64,000 bases of DNA from Octopus vulgaris. Taxonomy: Eukaryota. Below, piece after piece: positions 1 through 14,888 of this stretch. The notes below the pieces were generated by a model. That model was not told where the DNA came from and searched no databases. It saw nothing but the letters and a program-made list of their open reading frames with translations. Made by a program: the position numbers and the translations under genes. The first letter of the stretch is position 1. The number at the start of each line of letters is the position of its first letter. The stretch covers positions 84,196,001 to 84,260,000 of the forward strand of contig OX597824.1 in NCBI GenBank assembly GCA_951406725.2. Reading direction: 5' to 3'.

Positions 1-151
1 AAATTCCTAACATCAGGCTGCACGAAGTAATCTTAAATGCACAGAACCTTCCTAAGTATCCTTATTATTACTATGGAGTGAGAAGGAAAAATAATCGCCA
101 ACGGTACACACACGGTCACATTTTGATACATACATACATACATACGTATAC

Positions 152-189
<38 letters not shown>

Positions 190-455
190 TGTGGTATATC
201 TGTTATATACAGTATAGAGTATAGCTAATATATATCTAATAAATAACACCGTATCAACATTTTCTTTAACTTTTCTTAACCACTGAACATAACCTTTAAT
301 TCTGTGACCCAAAATATTTTATATTCATAGCTACAACATAGTATTTTTAGCTTTCATTCACCTTTTCTCACACATATTTTCATGAGAAAGGACACGCACT
401 GAGTATTTTATTAAAATTTGTAATGTACTGGTTCAGCATAAATTTTCTTGCTAAT

Positions 456-1050
456 TAATTCTTTCCAATGTAAAACACCTGAAACCACCTCTGGCTCAAT
501 AACTCCAATGTCCCGTTGTATAGTGATCTAAATTAGAAAATTTCATCAAAATTCTAATTTAATTTTTGTTCCAAATATCAATTTAATAATAACAATGTTG
601 TTTCACTGAATTCTTCAAAATTATTCGCAACAAACGCAATGTATTTCAACAAAAATATAGCAATGAAACAGTTTAAAATTTTTATGCCAATAGTACAATT
701 TTTTTTAAAAAAACAATACAACCTGAAAAAACTTAATTAGTTCACTATTCTGCATAGTACAGGCTAACGGAATTTATATCTGTCAGGGTGATCAATTAGA
801 ACATTTTAAGCGAGAAAATTCCATCAAAATTCTATGATAATTTTTGTTCCAGACATCAGTTTGATAATAACAAAGTTCTTCCACTGAATTCTTCAAAATT
901 ACTTGTAACAAAGGCAGTATATTTCCACAGAATTATAGCAATGAAAGAGTTGAAAATTTTATACCAATTGTATATTTTTTTTTTTTTTCACAAAACAACT
1001 TGGAAACTTAATTTGCTCACTATTCTGGGTTATAGAGGCTGACAGCATTT
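456..1050 (+). repeat. Decayed tandem duplication (~280-bp period) containing an old relative of the piggyBac-like MITE at 51009-51412
   Basis: Block 'gaaaattt(c)catcaaaattct...actgaattcttcaaaattat...atagcaatgaaa' occurs at ~535-675 and ~812-955; similar to the internal unit and ends of the 51-kb MITE. Confidence 0.6.
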
Positions 1051-1439
1051 ATGTTCATCTGGTTTGCCAGTCCTCAGTCAAAAAGTCCAACCCATGCTAG
1101 CATGGAAAGCGGACGTTAAACAAATGAACCAACTCAGAAAAATATTAAAGGCGGTGCTCCAGCATGGCCGCGGTCGGATAACTGAAACAAGTAAAAGAAT
1201 AAAAGAATATTTGGTTAAGTGTCGATTAATTTTTCCTGAAGTATTTATTTTAACTGTTAAAATGATATTATCAATAGGACTTTAACCTTATCAACAGTAA
1301 ACTTCCTCCAGGGTTGGGCCTCTTGTTCTACTCTGGATTTTTGCTCAAGTGGAGTTGCTTTCAACATTCTCAAAATAATAACCTTCCTTCAGGTTTTGTG
1401 ATTTGGCTATAACTTCAGAATGACCGTATTAGATGAGAT

Positions 1440-1832
1440 GTGGAGGTGCAATGGCCCAGTGGTTAGGGCAGCGGACTCACGGTCATAAGATCGTGGTTTC
1501 GATTCCCAGACTGGGCGTTGTGAGTGTTTATTGAGCGAAAAACACCTAAAGCTCCACGAGGCTCCGGCAGGGGATGGTGGTGATCCCTGCTGTACTCTTT
1601 CACCACAACTTTCTCTCACTCTTACTTCCTGTTTCTGTTGTACCTGTATTTCAAAGGGCCGGCCTTGTCACTCTCTGTGTCACGCTGAATATCCCCGAGA
1701 ACTACGTTAAGGGTACACGTGTCTGTGGAGTGCTCAGCCACTTACACGTTAATTTCACGAGCAGGCTGTTCCGTTGGTTCGGATCAACCGGAACCCTCGT
1801 CGTCGTAACCGATGGAGTGCTCTCTCTCTCTA
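1440..1832 (+). mobile_element. tRNA-derived SINE (family C), full length with 12-bp TSD
   Basis: tRNA-like head (TGGCCCAGTGG A-box-like, GTTTCGATTCC B-box-like); TSD attagatgagat at 1428-1439 and 1833-1844. Confidence 0.9.
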
Positions 1833-2125
1833 ATTAGATGAGATATTGTTTTAAATAATCAAGCTTCCATTCTTGCCATTTGTTTTCTCTGGTAAACTCA
1901 TTTTTGAACTTTTGCATAGACGCAAATGGTAGAGAGACAGTGTCACTAGTGTATTGATATTTGAAAGCAACTCCCATTGTTATCTTTTGTATTTTTCTTA
2001 CAAAGATGATAATTCAGCTTTTACAAGATATGAAGGCTATCACTTCTTAAAATTGAAGCGAATTGTCTTTACACTTTCTCAGTGACATGACATAATTTTT
2101 ATTTTAATATCTAGAAGTGCTGTTT

Positions 2126-2538
2126 AAGGTGGTGAGCTGGCAGAATTGTTAGCACACCAGGCAAAATGCTTAGCGGTATTTTGTCTGCTGTTACGTTCTG
2201 AGTTCAAATTCCGCTGAGGTCGACTTTGCCTTTCATCCTTTCAGGGTCGATTAAATAAGTACCAGTTATGCACTGGGGTCGATGTAATCGACTTAATACC
2301 TATGTCTGTCCTTGTTTGTCCCCTCTGTGTTTAGCCCTTTGTGGGTAATAAAGAAATAGGTATTTTGTCTGCTGTTACGTTCTGAGTTCAAATTCCGCCG
2401 AGGTCGACTTTGCCTTTCAGGGTCGATTAAATAAGTACCAGTTATGCACTGGGGTCGATATAATCGACTTAATCCGTTTGTCTGTCCTTGTCTATCCCCT
2501 CAGTGTGTAGCCCCATGTTGGCAGTAAAGAAATAAGAA
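2126..2538 (+). mobile_element. tRNA-derived SINE family B, one full copy plus a tandem 5'-truncated copy
   Basis: Head 'ggtggtgagctggcagaa...gagttcaaattcc'; core 'gtcgactttgcctttcatcctttc.gggtcgat.aaataagtaccag'; the body repeats from 2359. Confidence 0.9.
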
Positions 2539-3327
2539 ACTGAAAAAAGTCCATCAAATCTGTGTGTGTGTATGTCCGTGTCTTGACATCATATGATAGT
2601 TGCAAATGAATGTCACTATCCAATACTCTGCAAAAACATGTCTGGCCATGAGGAAATATTACCTTGCTTGGAAACAGGTAAAAGTTGGCAGCCTCCATAA
2701 ATTCTGTCTGTTCTATGCAAGCATGGGAAAATGGACGCTAAAATGATGACAATGATATAGCCTAATGTAAATACAGCTTTTAAAAAAGTATATATAAATA
2801 AGTTATCACAGTTGTACATTGCTGGCATTTTGATATCATCATCATCATCACCATCATCACCATCATCATTATCATCGTTATTGTTGTTGTTGTTGTTGTT
2901 GTCATTTCAATGTCCACTCTTCCATGCTTGCAAAGTGAACCTGAAACCATTTGGTTGCAAAGTGAACTTCTTGACCACACTGTTATGCTTCCCAGAAGTA
3001 GATGTGCCGTCCAGTGGAAATACACGTGATATCATCCTTTTGAGATAGACCTATCCTTAGTTTTGTTTTGTAAATGCATTTTGTGAATTAAAACTAATGG
3101 CAACATTTTGATGCGTGCAACATCAATGCAGTGAATGCATGACTGCACACCTGCACAGCTTAGTGGACATGCTGTGCAATAAATGTGTAATATAATATAA
3201 ACTACGTGCAAGCTTGTTTGCAATGCTTTGCTGGAGAAACATTTGAAGAATTGAATTACTTCTTGCAAGATGTTGCACAAAAATAACTAATGACAATTAA
3301 TCAGCAAATTTTATTAACTCTCTTACA

Positions 3328-3731
3328 TCTCTTCTCTCTATATATAAAGCTGAAGTTGTCTGTGTATGGCAGGTTTGGTAGCCTTCAACTAACACTATCT
3401 TCTCCGAGACCCTGCAGTGCAAGTTGACCAAAATTGAGAGTATGATAGAAGAAGGCTTGCTCTTCCTTCCATACAAGAAATAATTCAAATCGGACCATGT
3501 TAACACCAAAAATTATTTACATCAAAAAGGTGCTTTTTTTCTATGAAAATCCCTATTTTTTTACGATTTTTTTACTGCTGTGTCGCCATTTTTCGGTGCA
3601 TTTCAAACAGAAAAATGTTCACTTAAAGAGAATAACAAGCTTCATTATGCAAAATTTTTACTTTTCAAAAATTCCAATTCTAAAGGGTCGAAAAGAAAAC
3701 AAACCCAAGCAACGCTGGGCTATACTGCTAG
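3328..3731 (+). mobile_element. Non-autonomous Helitron (subfamily 1)
   Basis: Starts A|TC, ends CTAG|T, sub-terminal hairpin cccaagcaacgctggg, no TSD; closely similar copies at 57.7, 60.2 and 61.6 kb. Confidence 0.85.
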
Positions 3732-3861
3732 TATATAATATAGAACTTTGTTTAACTTCAGTCCTTTGTTATTTCGAAAGCGTGCAAACTTAAATCATAG
3801 ATTATATAATCAGGCAACTGACCCTCAATCTCTAAAGTTACTGGTCTTGTTCCCAAATTTG

Positions 3862-3899
<38 letters not shown>

Positions 3900-3909
3900 G
3901 TCATTTATG

Positions 3910-4560
3910 AGTTGTTGAGCTGGCAGAATCGTTAGCACGCCGGGCGAAATGCTTAGCAGTATTTTGTCTGCCGCTACGTTCTGGGTTCAAATTTCGCTGA
4001 GGTCGACTTTGCCTTTCATCCTTTTGGGGTCGATAAATTAAGTACCAGTTACGCACTGGGGTTGATATAATCGACTTAATCCGTCTGTCTGTCCTTGTTT
4101 GTCCTCTCTGTGTTTAGCCCCTTGTGGGCAATAAAGAAATAGGTAAAATGCTTTGTGGCATTTCACCTGTCTTTATGTTCTGAGTTCAAATTCTGCTGAA
4201 GTTGACTTTACCCCATCATCCCTTTTGGGATTGATAAAATATATACCAATTGAACACTGGGGTCAGATTAATCAACTTACCCCCATCCTCCAAAATTACT
4301 GGCCTTGTGCCTTAATTTAATATTATCATCATTATTTATTGCATTTAAGGTGGCGAGCTGGCAGAAATGTTAGCACATTGGACAAAATGCTTAGCGATAT
4401 TTCACCTGTCGCTACGTTCTGAGTTCAAATTCCACCAAGGTCGACTTTGCTTTTTATCCTTTCGGGGTCAATAAATTAAGTACCAGTGAAACACTGGGGT
4501 CATTGTAATTGGCTAGTCCCCTCCCCAACAATTTAAGGCCTTCTGCCTATAGTAGAAAAG
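3910..4560 (+). mobile_element. Cluster of three SINE family B copies (young and older variants)
   Basis: Family B head and core at ~3910-4142, ~4143-4320 and ~4346-4560. Confidence 0.85.
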
Positions 4561-4828
4561 ATTATTATTATAGTTGTTGTTGTTGTTATCTTAATACGAT
4601 TTATTGTGATATTATTAACAGGCCTGTAAAGAAGGCACAGATGGTAACACACTGGCCAGTAATTAATTTTGTTGATTAATGACCAATTGCACATCCTGCC
4701 AGGCAGCATCTGCATTGCTTTTTATCCAACTATTTGTCTGCAGGAAATATTTACTACATTCAGTTCAATGGACTACAGCTGCTCCAACACATCATCATCT
4801 GTGTGTGTGCGTGTGCGTGTGTGTTTGT

Positions 4829-5313
4829 ATCATCATCATTGTTTAACGTCCGCTTTCCATGCTAGCATGGGTTGGACGATTTGACTGAGGACTGGCGAAC
4901 CAGAAGGCTGCACCAGGCTCCAATCTGATCTGGCAGAGTTTCTACAGCTGGATGAAACTGCCTTGAAGTATTTCAGTTGAATGCATCAAACCCAGTACTC
5001 GAACTTTTTAAGCCTGGTGTTTATTCTATCGGTTACTTTTACCAAACTGCTAAGTCACAGGGATGTAAATACATCAACACTTGTTGTCAAGGAGGGGTTT
5101 GGACAAACACAGACACAAAGACAAACAGACAGACAGGCACACACACACACGATAGGTTTCTTTCAGTTTCTTTCTACCAAATCCACACACAAGGCTTTGG
5201 TTGGCCCAAGGCTATAGCAGAAGGCACTTGCCTAAGGTGCCATGCAGTGGGACTGAACCTAGATCCATGTGGTTGGGAAGCAAGCTTCCTACCTCAAAGC
5301 CACACCTGTGCCT
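4829..5313 (-). mobile_element. Family D tail fragment (4829-4955) adjoining a SINE family A copy (~4960-5313)
   Basis: 'gtttaacgtccgctttccatgctagcatgggttggac' tail, then the reverse complement of family A. Confidence 0.8.
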
Positions 5314-6294
5314 TTGTATGTATATATATATATATATATATTTCTCAAACACACAGCCATGCCTATCTATGATTAAAGATGTTCCAAATCATGACCATCC
5401 TGTCTTAGAATTAGACATAGTGTATATAAGTGTATCTAAATTACAATAGCATCTAACAAGAGAGAGAGAGAGAGAGAGAGATGACTGCTATCTCTAGCAG
5501 TAGATTGGCTTGCTATTCTACTCGCTCAGACACAAGGTGTGGTGGTCAATGTTTTATATATTTTTCGATAGTTAATTAGGTGAGTGGAGACGGAGACTCG
5601 CTCTCCTCTTCATGTTGTAGTACTTTTATGCAGGTAATCATACACCTGAGACACATCAAAGGATTTCACTGACATCGGCATTAAAATTTCTGCTAATTCC
5701 AGGAGCAACAAAGAGATGAAAGTATGAGTGAATGTGTGTGTCTGTTTGTGTGTATGTTCAGTTCTCTGTATGCAACTCTGTGTGTGTGTGTGTGTATGTA
5801 TACCTGTTTGTGTGTGGGTACACAGTCGTACCCGTATGTGTGTGACTTTGTATATGTTTGTGTTTGTAAAGGTGCTAGTTTGTATACATGTACGTCTGTG
5901 TGTGTACATGTGTGTACCTGCATGCATGTGTAAGTACATACATGTATGTGTGTGTGTATGCATATATGTATATATATATGTGTGTGTGTGTGTGTGGGTA
6001 TGTATGTATGTATGTATGTGTGTATGTATAAACATACATGTGAGTTTATTAGTAAAATTATATAGATCTGTAAATGTGCAACAGGGTATATGTTGATATA
6101 ATGATAGTTGTATACATCTATACACTTCCCTGCATCTGATATGTTTATGCCTGCACATGCAAACATATTAGCTAGCACAAGTATTTGTGTGTGTATGTGT
6201 GTGTGTGTTTTCATTTGTTTCTGCATGTTTTTCTCTGTGTGTATCTGTTCTGTGTGTGTGTGTGTGTATGTGTATGTTTCTACATGTGCAGGTT

Positions 6295-6443
6295 CATCAT
6301 CATCATCATCGTTTAACGTCCGTTCTCCATGCTAGCATGGGTTGGACGGTTTGACCGGGGATCTGGGAAGCCAGAAGGCTGCACCAGGCTCCGGTCTTAT
6401 CTGGCAATGTTTCTACAGCTGGATGCCCTTCCTAATGCCAATG
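6295..6443 (-). mobile_element. Family D (RTE-tail) retroposon fragment
   Basis: (CAT)n-gtttaacgtccgttctccatgctagcatgggttggac...gctggatgcccttcctaatgccaa; more than 10 copies in the window. Confidence 0.85.
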
Positions 6444-6714
6444 CCGTTCCTAACGCTATTTAGTTGAAAGTATCCGACAATGAAACCAAATCGACAATCC
6501 AGAGTAGTGTGCGTCATTTAATGTCAAATTACCATGTCCGATAGCTGGAAACAATGAATATCATCATCATCATCACCACCACCATCACCACCACCTCTAT
6601 CACCATCACCACTGCAGCATCTTCATCACCACCACCACCACCACACCCATCATCATCACAACCATCATCACTATCACAATTACCATCATCATCATCATCA
6701 GGAGCAACATCAGG

Positions 6715-7020
6715 TCATTTGTTTTTTGCTATGCCAGGTTGGGTTGGACAAGTCTTCTCTAACAACACAACATTTTGCCGCTTGTTGTGGCCCATCATCT
6801 TCATCATCATCATCATCATCATCATCCTCATCACCACCACCACCACCACCATCACCATCTTATTCATGTTCCTGAAGGTCAGCATCCTGAGGTCAATCTT
6901 CACTATTTTCTCCCCATGTCTTCCTCTCCCAGAAGTTTCTTCCCTTTTGGATTGCTTGCCACTCCTTTATCCAATCATCATCCTTCACAAGTATCACATG
7001 TCCCATCCTGGGACAGCCTT
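6715..7020 (-). pseudogene. Decayed 3' end of an RTE-clade LINE (ORF C-terminus and 3' UTR) with internal (CAT/CAC)n expansion
   Basis: Minus-strand frames read MGHVILVKDDDWIKEWQAI..RKTWGE..VKIDLRML, resembling the RTE C-terminal GHVxRM...RPRKTW...DL; followed by 'gagaagacttgtccaaccca', similar to the family D tail. Confidence 0.55.
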
Positions 7021-7129
7021 CCTTTCTTAGTTCAATAAGCAATCGATCCAGTTATCAACATAATTACCAGGTGTAGTAACTAACAATCTCTTTTGATCTG
7101 TGTAAGTAACAGTGTTTACTCCCTTTTAA

Positions 7130-8060
7130 GTTTGACTTACAGTTGCACTCAGCCTGAGTCTTAACTTCACTCCCAACCTCAACTCCAACATAGACTTCAC
7201 TCCTGACTCTCGCCTTCATCCTCAAAGACAGCTTCATTTTCAACTTGATTCTCAGTCTCAATCTTCCACTTGACCCAAGTATCAACTTCAGTCTCAAGGT
7301 TTATCTTAACTCTCAGGTTCAACTCCAACCTTTACATTTCACCCTCAATACTCACCTCCCACCATCATCCCTCATCACTCTCCACCCACTCTTCACCACT
7401 CATTCTCAACCCTCATCACCTATCATTTACCACTTACCCTCATCACTCACCATCCACACCTCACAACTCAGAATCATCCTTCATCACTCATTCACTACTC
7501 ATCACTCACCCTCATCACTCACCAGCCACTATTTACCACTCATCCTCAATTCTCCCTAATCACCATTCATTGCTCACCACTCAATCTCAACCTCACTATC
7601 CACTTCTCATCTTTCACTACTCATCACTCCATTGTTCACTCACCCTCCATCTTTCACAACCCACCACTCACCCTCACCACTCACTCACTTCTAACTATTC
7701 ACCCTCACCTTTCACCACTCATCCTTAACCTTCATCACTCACCATTCACTCTTCACCATTCATCCTTTAACCTTCATCACTCACCATTCACCATCCACTC
7801 CTCATCACTCACCCTCACCACTCACCAGTCACATCTCATCACTCACCCTCACCACTTGTCACTCACTTCTCCCTATTCACCCTCACCTTTCACCACTCAT
7901 CCTTAACCTTCATCACTCACCATTTGCTCTTCACCATTCCCCATCCATTCCTCATCACTCACCCTCACCCTCACTACTCATCCTCACCACTCACTCCCAC
8001 CATTCACCCCCACCACTCACCCATCATTGCTCATGACCCACCACTCGCTCTCAAACTCCA
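7130..8060. repeat. Degenerate C/A/T-rich minisatellite (tcactcaccctcacca-like)
   Basis: Near absence of G; recurrent ctcacca / tcatcactca units. Confidence 0.85.
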
Positions 8061-8424
8061 TGTTTGAGAAATCCTGCAGAAGCATCATAGATCTTCTTCA
8101 TATTTGACAAGTCATTTCCTAATCACTGCTCTTTACTCTAATAGTTAGCAACAATTTTCACAGAATTTCATTTTGGAACTGGCCAGTAACTATGGAAACA
8201 CTATGAGATAACCATATAACCTAGTGGCACACACATCAAATTATTAATCAGACATCATATTCATTGCAGACACTTTTTCTCTTTTTTTTTTTACAATGAC
8301 TATGGCAAATAATAGTAATAATGATGATGGCGGCGGTGGTGGTGGTGGTGGTGGTGGTATTGTTTCAATAACAACAACAGCAACAACAATAATAATGATG
8401 ATAATACTAATAATAATAATAATA

Positions 8425-8483
<59 letters not shown>

Positions 8484-8953
8484 CATAAATATAATAATGA
8501 TAATGATAATAATAATCCTTTCTCCTAAAGGCACAAGGCCTGAAATTTTTGTGGGGAGGAGTCAAGTCAATTACATTCACCCCAGTACTCTACTGGTACT
8601 AAATTTGTTGACCCTCAAAGGATGAAAGGCAAAGTTGACCTCGGTGAAATAATAATACTTAATGTTATTTGCCAAAAGGGGTGATAGATGAAGAGACATT
8701 AAGAGGACAGTGGTGGGGCTTTTAGCATAGATACTTTCTAATTTTGTCACAAAGCCATCAGTTTTGAGGGGATGGGACTAGTTGATTTCATCAGTGCCAG
8801 TGCTTTATTCTATCAAATCCGATAGGAAAGAATGAAAAGGCAAAACTGATCTCAGTGGAATTTGAACTCAGAATGCAGAGAACCAGAAGAAATGTTGCTA
8901 AGTGTTTGACCAATACACTAACGATCTTGTTTCAATAATAATAATAATAATAA

Positions 8954-9473
8954 ATGCCCTGATGTAGTACCAGACAGTGGCTCTCATGGCTTCTGATCTT
9001 AACTGATAGGGAAGTGTTATCATGTACATTGTTTTGTCTTGGTATAAAAGGTGGGCTACAGCAAATATTCTGCTGAATACCAGAGGTTTGCTTGTCAGTT
9101 GTTTGACCATAACCAGTTGAGCATGTCCCTTAGTGGCTGACGATATGTGCATTTCTGATCATGAGCAGAAGTAGTGGGGGAGCATCATAGCCATGTGTTG
9201 AAAGGAATTCTTAGAGGTTTGAATACTTCACCTTTGGAAACATGGGTGGTTCGTTCAACATCCTTAAACAATCCTTATTCAGGGACCTCTTGAGCGGGAT
9301 GGGCTACTCGATCAGAAGAAACTTCTAACTGGGCCCCACCTGCAAGGTCATGCACTGTTTATCTTCATATGAGATCACCATATTGCACGCATATGGTTGT
9401 GATGCATGTGCCTGGTATATCCTTAGATGAGTAGTCATGATGGGTATACAGGTATGCACTGTTCTCTCACTCA
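8954..9473 (+). mobile_element. ~520-bp interspersed repeat flanked by (TAA)n; second, 5'-truncated copy at 31950-32300
   Basis: Near-identical sequence 'atgtgcat.tctgatca..agcagaagtagtgggggagcatcatagcc...' at both loci, each immediately after a (TAA)n run. Confidence 0.8.
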
Positions 9474-9485
9474 ATAATAATAATA

Positions 9486-9622
9486 AAGGTTTACTTCCTT
9501 GGTATGGCCAGAATAATCAGGAAAATGTTAGTTGAAAAGGAAAGATAACAAGGTACTGTAGGCTGCAGGCAGCCAGTCCACTACACATCCAAGACTCCAG
9601 AAGTCACAGCAAAATCTGAGTT
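9486..9622 (+). mobile_element. 3'-terminal fragment of an R4/Dong-like non-LTR element between (TAA)n runs
   Basis: Reads KVYFLGMARIIRKMLVEKER*, resembling the KxxLLGTARIxRKxL C-terminus of RLE-encoding elements; short 3' UTR then taataataa. Confidence 0.5.
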
Positions 9623-9629
9623 AATAATA

Positions 9630-9845
9630 ATCTTTTCTACTCAAACTACAGAGCCCGAAATTTTGGGGCAGGAGGCCAGTCAATTAGATCGACCTCAGTA
9701 CGCAACTGGTACTTAATTTATCGACCCTGAAGGGATGAAAGGCAAAGTCGACCTCAGCGGAATTTGAACTCAGAACGTAGCGGCAGACGAAATACTGCTA
9801 AGCATTTTGCCCGGTATGCTAACATTTCTGCCAGCTCACCACCTT
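9630..9845 (-). mobile_element. SINE family B
   Basis: Reverse complement of family B head and core. Confidence 0.85.
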
Positions 9846-10122
9846 ATTACTAATAATGATAATAATAATGATAACGTTTCTGATTTAGGCACAAAGCTAG
9901 CTATTTTGATGGGAGGGGATAATCTGATACCATAAATCTCAATACTTCACTGATAATACTTGACAGATTTACTGTCTTAGTGAGATCTTAATTTTGCTTT
10001 TCAGTCTGGTCTGAAACACGTCAGTAATTTTTATTTAACATTTCAGCTGATATATATAAAACAAGTCTAGAATCTGTTAATGATTAAAATTATGTTAAAT
10101 ATGCTGTATGTATGTGTGTGTG

Positions 10123-10224
<102 letters not shown>

Positions 10225-10260
10225 TATATATATACATACATATATATACATATATATACA

Positions 10261-10925
10261 GGCGCAGTAGTGGCTGTGTGGTAAGTAGCTTGCTTACCAA
10301 CCACATGGTTCCGGGTTCAGTCCCACTGCGTGGCACTTTGGGCAGGTGTCTTCTACTATAGCCTTGGGCTGACCAAAGCCTTGTGAGTGGATTTGGTAGA
10401 TGGAAACTGAAAGAGGCCCGTCGTATATATATGCATGCGTATATATATGTGATCGCTTGACGCTTGACAACCGATGGTGGTGTGGTTACATCCCCGTAAC
10501 TTAGCGGTTTGGCAAAAGAGACCGATAGAATAAGTACTACATCATCATCATCATCATTTAGCGTCCGCTTTCCATGCTAGCATGGGTTGGACGGTTCAAC
10601 TGGGGTCTGTGAAGCTGGAAGGCTTCGTCAGGCCCAGTCAGATCTGGCAGTGTTTCTACGGCTGGATGCCCTTCCTAACGCCAACCACTCCGTGAGTGTA
10701 GTGGGTGCTTTTTACGTGCCACCTGCACAGGTGCCAGACAGAGCTGGCAAACGGCCACGAACGGACGGTGCTTTTACGTGTCACCGGCACGGGGCCAGGC
10801 GATGCTGGCAACAGACACGAACGGATGGTTTACAAAAATAAGTCCTGGGTTCGATTGGCTCGACTAAAGGCAGTGCTCCAGCATGGCCACAGTCAAATGA
10901 CTGAAACAAGTAAAAGAGAAAAAGA
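10261..10925 (+). mobile_element. SINE family A interrupted by a family D element (~10540-10828, minus strand)
   Basis: Family A reads ...gaataagtacta | insertion | ggtttacaaaaataagtcctggg... Confidence 0.88.
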
Positions 10926-11711
10926 GTGTATATATATATGTAAGGGTGTGTGTGTGTTGAGTTTTACATTATAATTTCCATGCGCATTTTTTGTTAGTTT
11001 TTTTTTTGTAGTTTTGCTTTGCTTTTGTTTTTTTCTTTATTTATTTGTGTGTGATGTGTCTGTCTTTTGCATATCTTGAAGGCTAAACTTAAAAGTACAT
11101 GGCTGACATGTAATTTTTGACATCTGTGTGACAGGAGACTCCAGCATGGGCTTGGTCATGTTGGCCTCACCCTAACTGAAGAATTAGATAACAGGATTGT
11201 GGTTCTTGTTCTTTGTGATACTTGCTACCTTCGCTGCCATCTCCACCAACTACCACAATCAACATCACCACCACCACCACCACCACCACCACCTCCACCA
11301 CCACAACCATCAACACCACTATCAGCATTACTGTCATCACCATCAATGCCAATTCTACCATTTTCTACATCACCGTCAACATTATCACATGCACTCAGCA
11401 CTAACACCACCACCACCACCACCATCACCACCACCACCACCTTCATCCATTACTATTACCAGCAGTGGTAACTTCATCACAGATTAAAATACTGAGTCAC
11501 AATTGTTGAAAATCAGGCAATATAAGCATTTTTTCAAAAGAAAACAGTGAAATAATTCTAGGGACAGAATTTCACCCCCCCCCCTTCAATACAACAACCA
11601 CTGTGACTACCACCACGACCACCACCACCACCACCACCATCAACGCTGACACCACCACCAACACCGATACCACTACAAACTCCACTCTCCATAACCGCAA
11701 CCTACCAAAAA

Positions 11712-13175
<1,464 letters not shown>

Positions 13176-14156
13176 GATACACACGCACACAAACTTATCC
13201 ATTCTTCCCATACATTAACCTAATACACCTGCTTGTTGTTCCTTCACCTGTCTTCGTCATTTGTTTTCTGTAAATCTTAACTATACGTATGATGAAATGA
13301 ATGTATGTTTATTTGTAAGTATGTATAATTTATATTCTGAAGCTGAAACTTCATAAATTACAGTTACTAAATTCATATTCTGAATCCTCTGTTTATAACT
13401 GACTGGAATAAGCCATGTTCATAGACTCACTGGTTTCAACATTGTGCTTCCACAGCATGAAACTATTTGTAGCTAGTATTTAAATACTGTGTATATTAAA
13501 TGATATTTATCTCTCACTAGATGGAGTATTTTCTTTTTGCCAGTCTTGCCTATAACAAAACAGTAAACTATATATGTATATCATCGTCATCAGCATCCTC
13601 ATCGTTTAATGCCGGCTTTCCATGCTTGCATGGGTTGGACGGTTTGACTGAGGACTGGCAATTAAGGGATGAAAATATGTTAGGACACAGGCAAGACACT
13701 TGTTTCTCTATCAGATTTCGACCCCTTTAATCAGTGCTAGATTAACCATTGATCAAAATAAGCACGTACTTAAGGCATCAAAAAAGTGGGAGCACCACAG
13801 AAATGGTAAATAGTTTATGGCACAAAATAAATCACTTTAAGCTTGTTACAACAATATTCAAAGTGATTTATATAATCAGAAATATATAATTTGAAAGTGT
13901 TCATGTTGTCATGGCGAGGATCTGATCGAAGGCTTTCCAATTAGAAAACAGTGGAAGAAAACGTTTGAAATATAAAGCGGAAACATAAAAAGATAAAATA
14001 AATATTTTTTTCCCATCTTACTCTTAGTTTTCTTTCATTTTGAAAAAGAAAAAAAAATCATTTTATTTCTTATTATTGTTTAAATTTGAGTTACATGTAT
14101 ATGGTGGCACCAAAATCGTTTAAGTGCTTGGCCTCAATGGATCTATTAAGATCCAT

Positions 14157-14202
<46 letters not shown>

Positions 14203-14205
<3 letters not shown>

Positions 14206-14500
14206 AATGTGAGGATAAAATTCTTTTCGTAAAAAAATATTTTCTCGAAAAGAATTTTATCAATGGCCAGCATATTAAAAAATACCTTTAATGGTTAAAT
14301 TTATAAACAATTCATAAATGAGGGCAAAGGAAAAAATTTCTAATGCCAAATATGCCGAAAAATTGGACATGTTGTCTATTAACCATATAATTTTTTCACA
14401 ATACGCACGCTTCTCGAATAAAGGTCGACAGAAATTTCTAAAAAATTCCATTATTACCATATCGGACCGATTTCAGAGTTAGCTACTAAGAGCCCTCTCT
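14203..14500 (-). mobile_element. Possible Penelope-like terminal-repeat fragment between (TA)n runs
   Basis: Minus strand begins 'agagagggctcttagtagctaactct-GAAA-tcg-GTC', like the 3' half of a minimal hammerhead whose CTGATGA half is absent at the (TA)n junction; CpG-retaining sequence. Confidence 0.35.
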
Positions 14501-14572
14501 TATATATATATATATATCATACTTTCAACTTATTCTTCAATGCTGTACCCTACTTACTTGAGGGTTTAGTGT

Positions 14573-14888
14573 TGCAAGTATTTGGTGATCCCATGAGTGT
14601 TAGTGACATGGAACAAGCATTTACAATAGACATTTGCTAAAGTGATAGAAATCATGCCAAGGTGGACATTGGAGTTTGACACACTTTTCTGGTTTGTTGG
14701 TTTCTGTCAAACTGTTAAATCTTCGCTAGCTGCAAGTATTTGGTGAGCCCATGAGTGTTAGTGACATGGAACAAGCATTTACAATAGACATTTGCTCAAG
14801 TGATAGAAATCATGCCAAGGTGGACATTGGAGCTTGACACACTTTTCTGGTTTGTTGGTTTCTGTCAAACTGTTAAATCTTCGCTAGC
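14573..14888. repeat. Near-perfect 158-bp tandem duplication
   Basis: 14573-14730 vs 14731-14888, about 3 substitutions seen. Confidence 0.95.

Noticed and set aside
3297-3793. Recurrent ORFs MVLTWSDLN.../MLTPKIIYIKK... in four places
   Set aside because: Incidental frames of the non-autonomous Helitron; stops differ between copies.
13700-13740. Minus-strand CTGATTA...GAAA hammerhead-like string
   Set aside because: Core mismatch and no convincing stems.
14330-14390. CQICRKIGH zinc-knuckle-like peptide
   Set aside because: Flanked by stops, last Cys missing, no other gag/pol signal; the opposite strand is better explained as a Penelope-like repeat.
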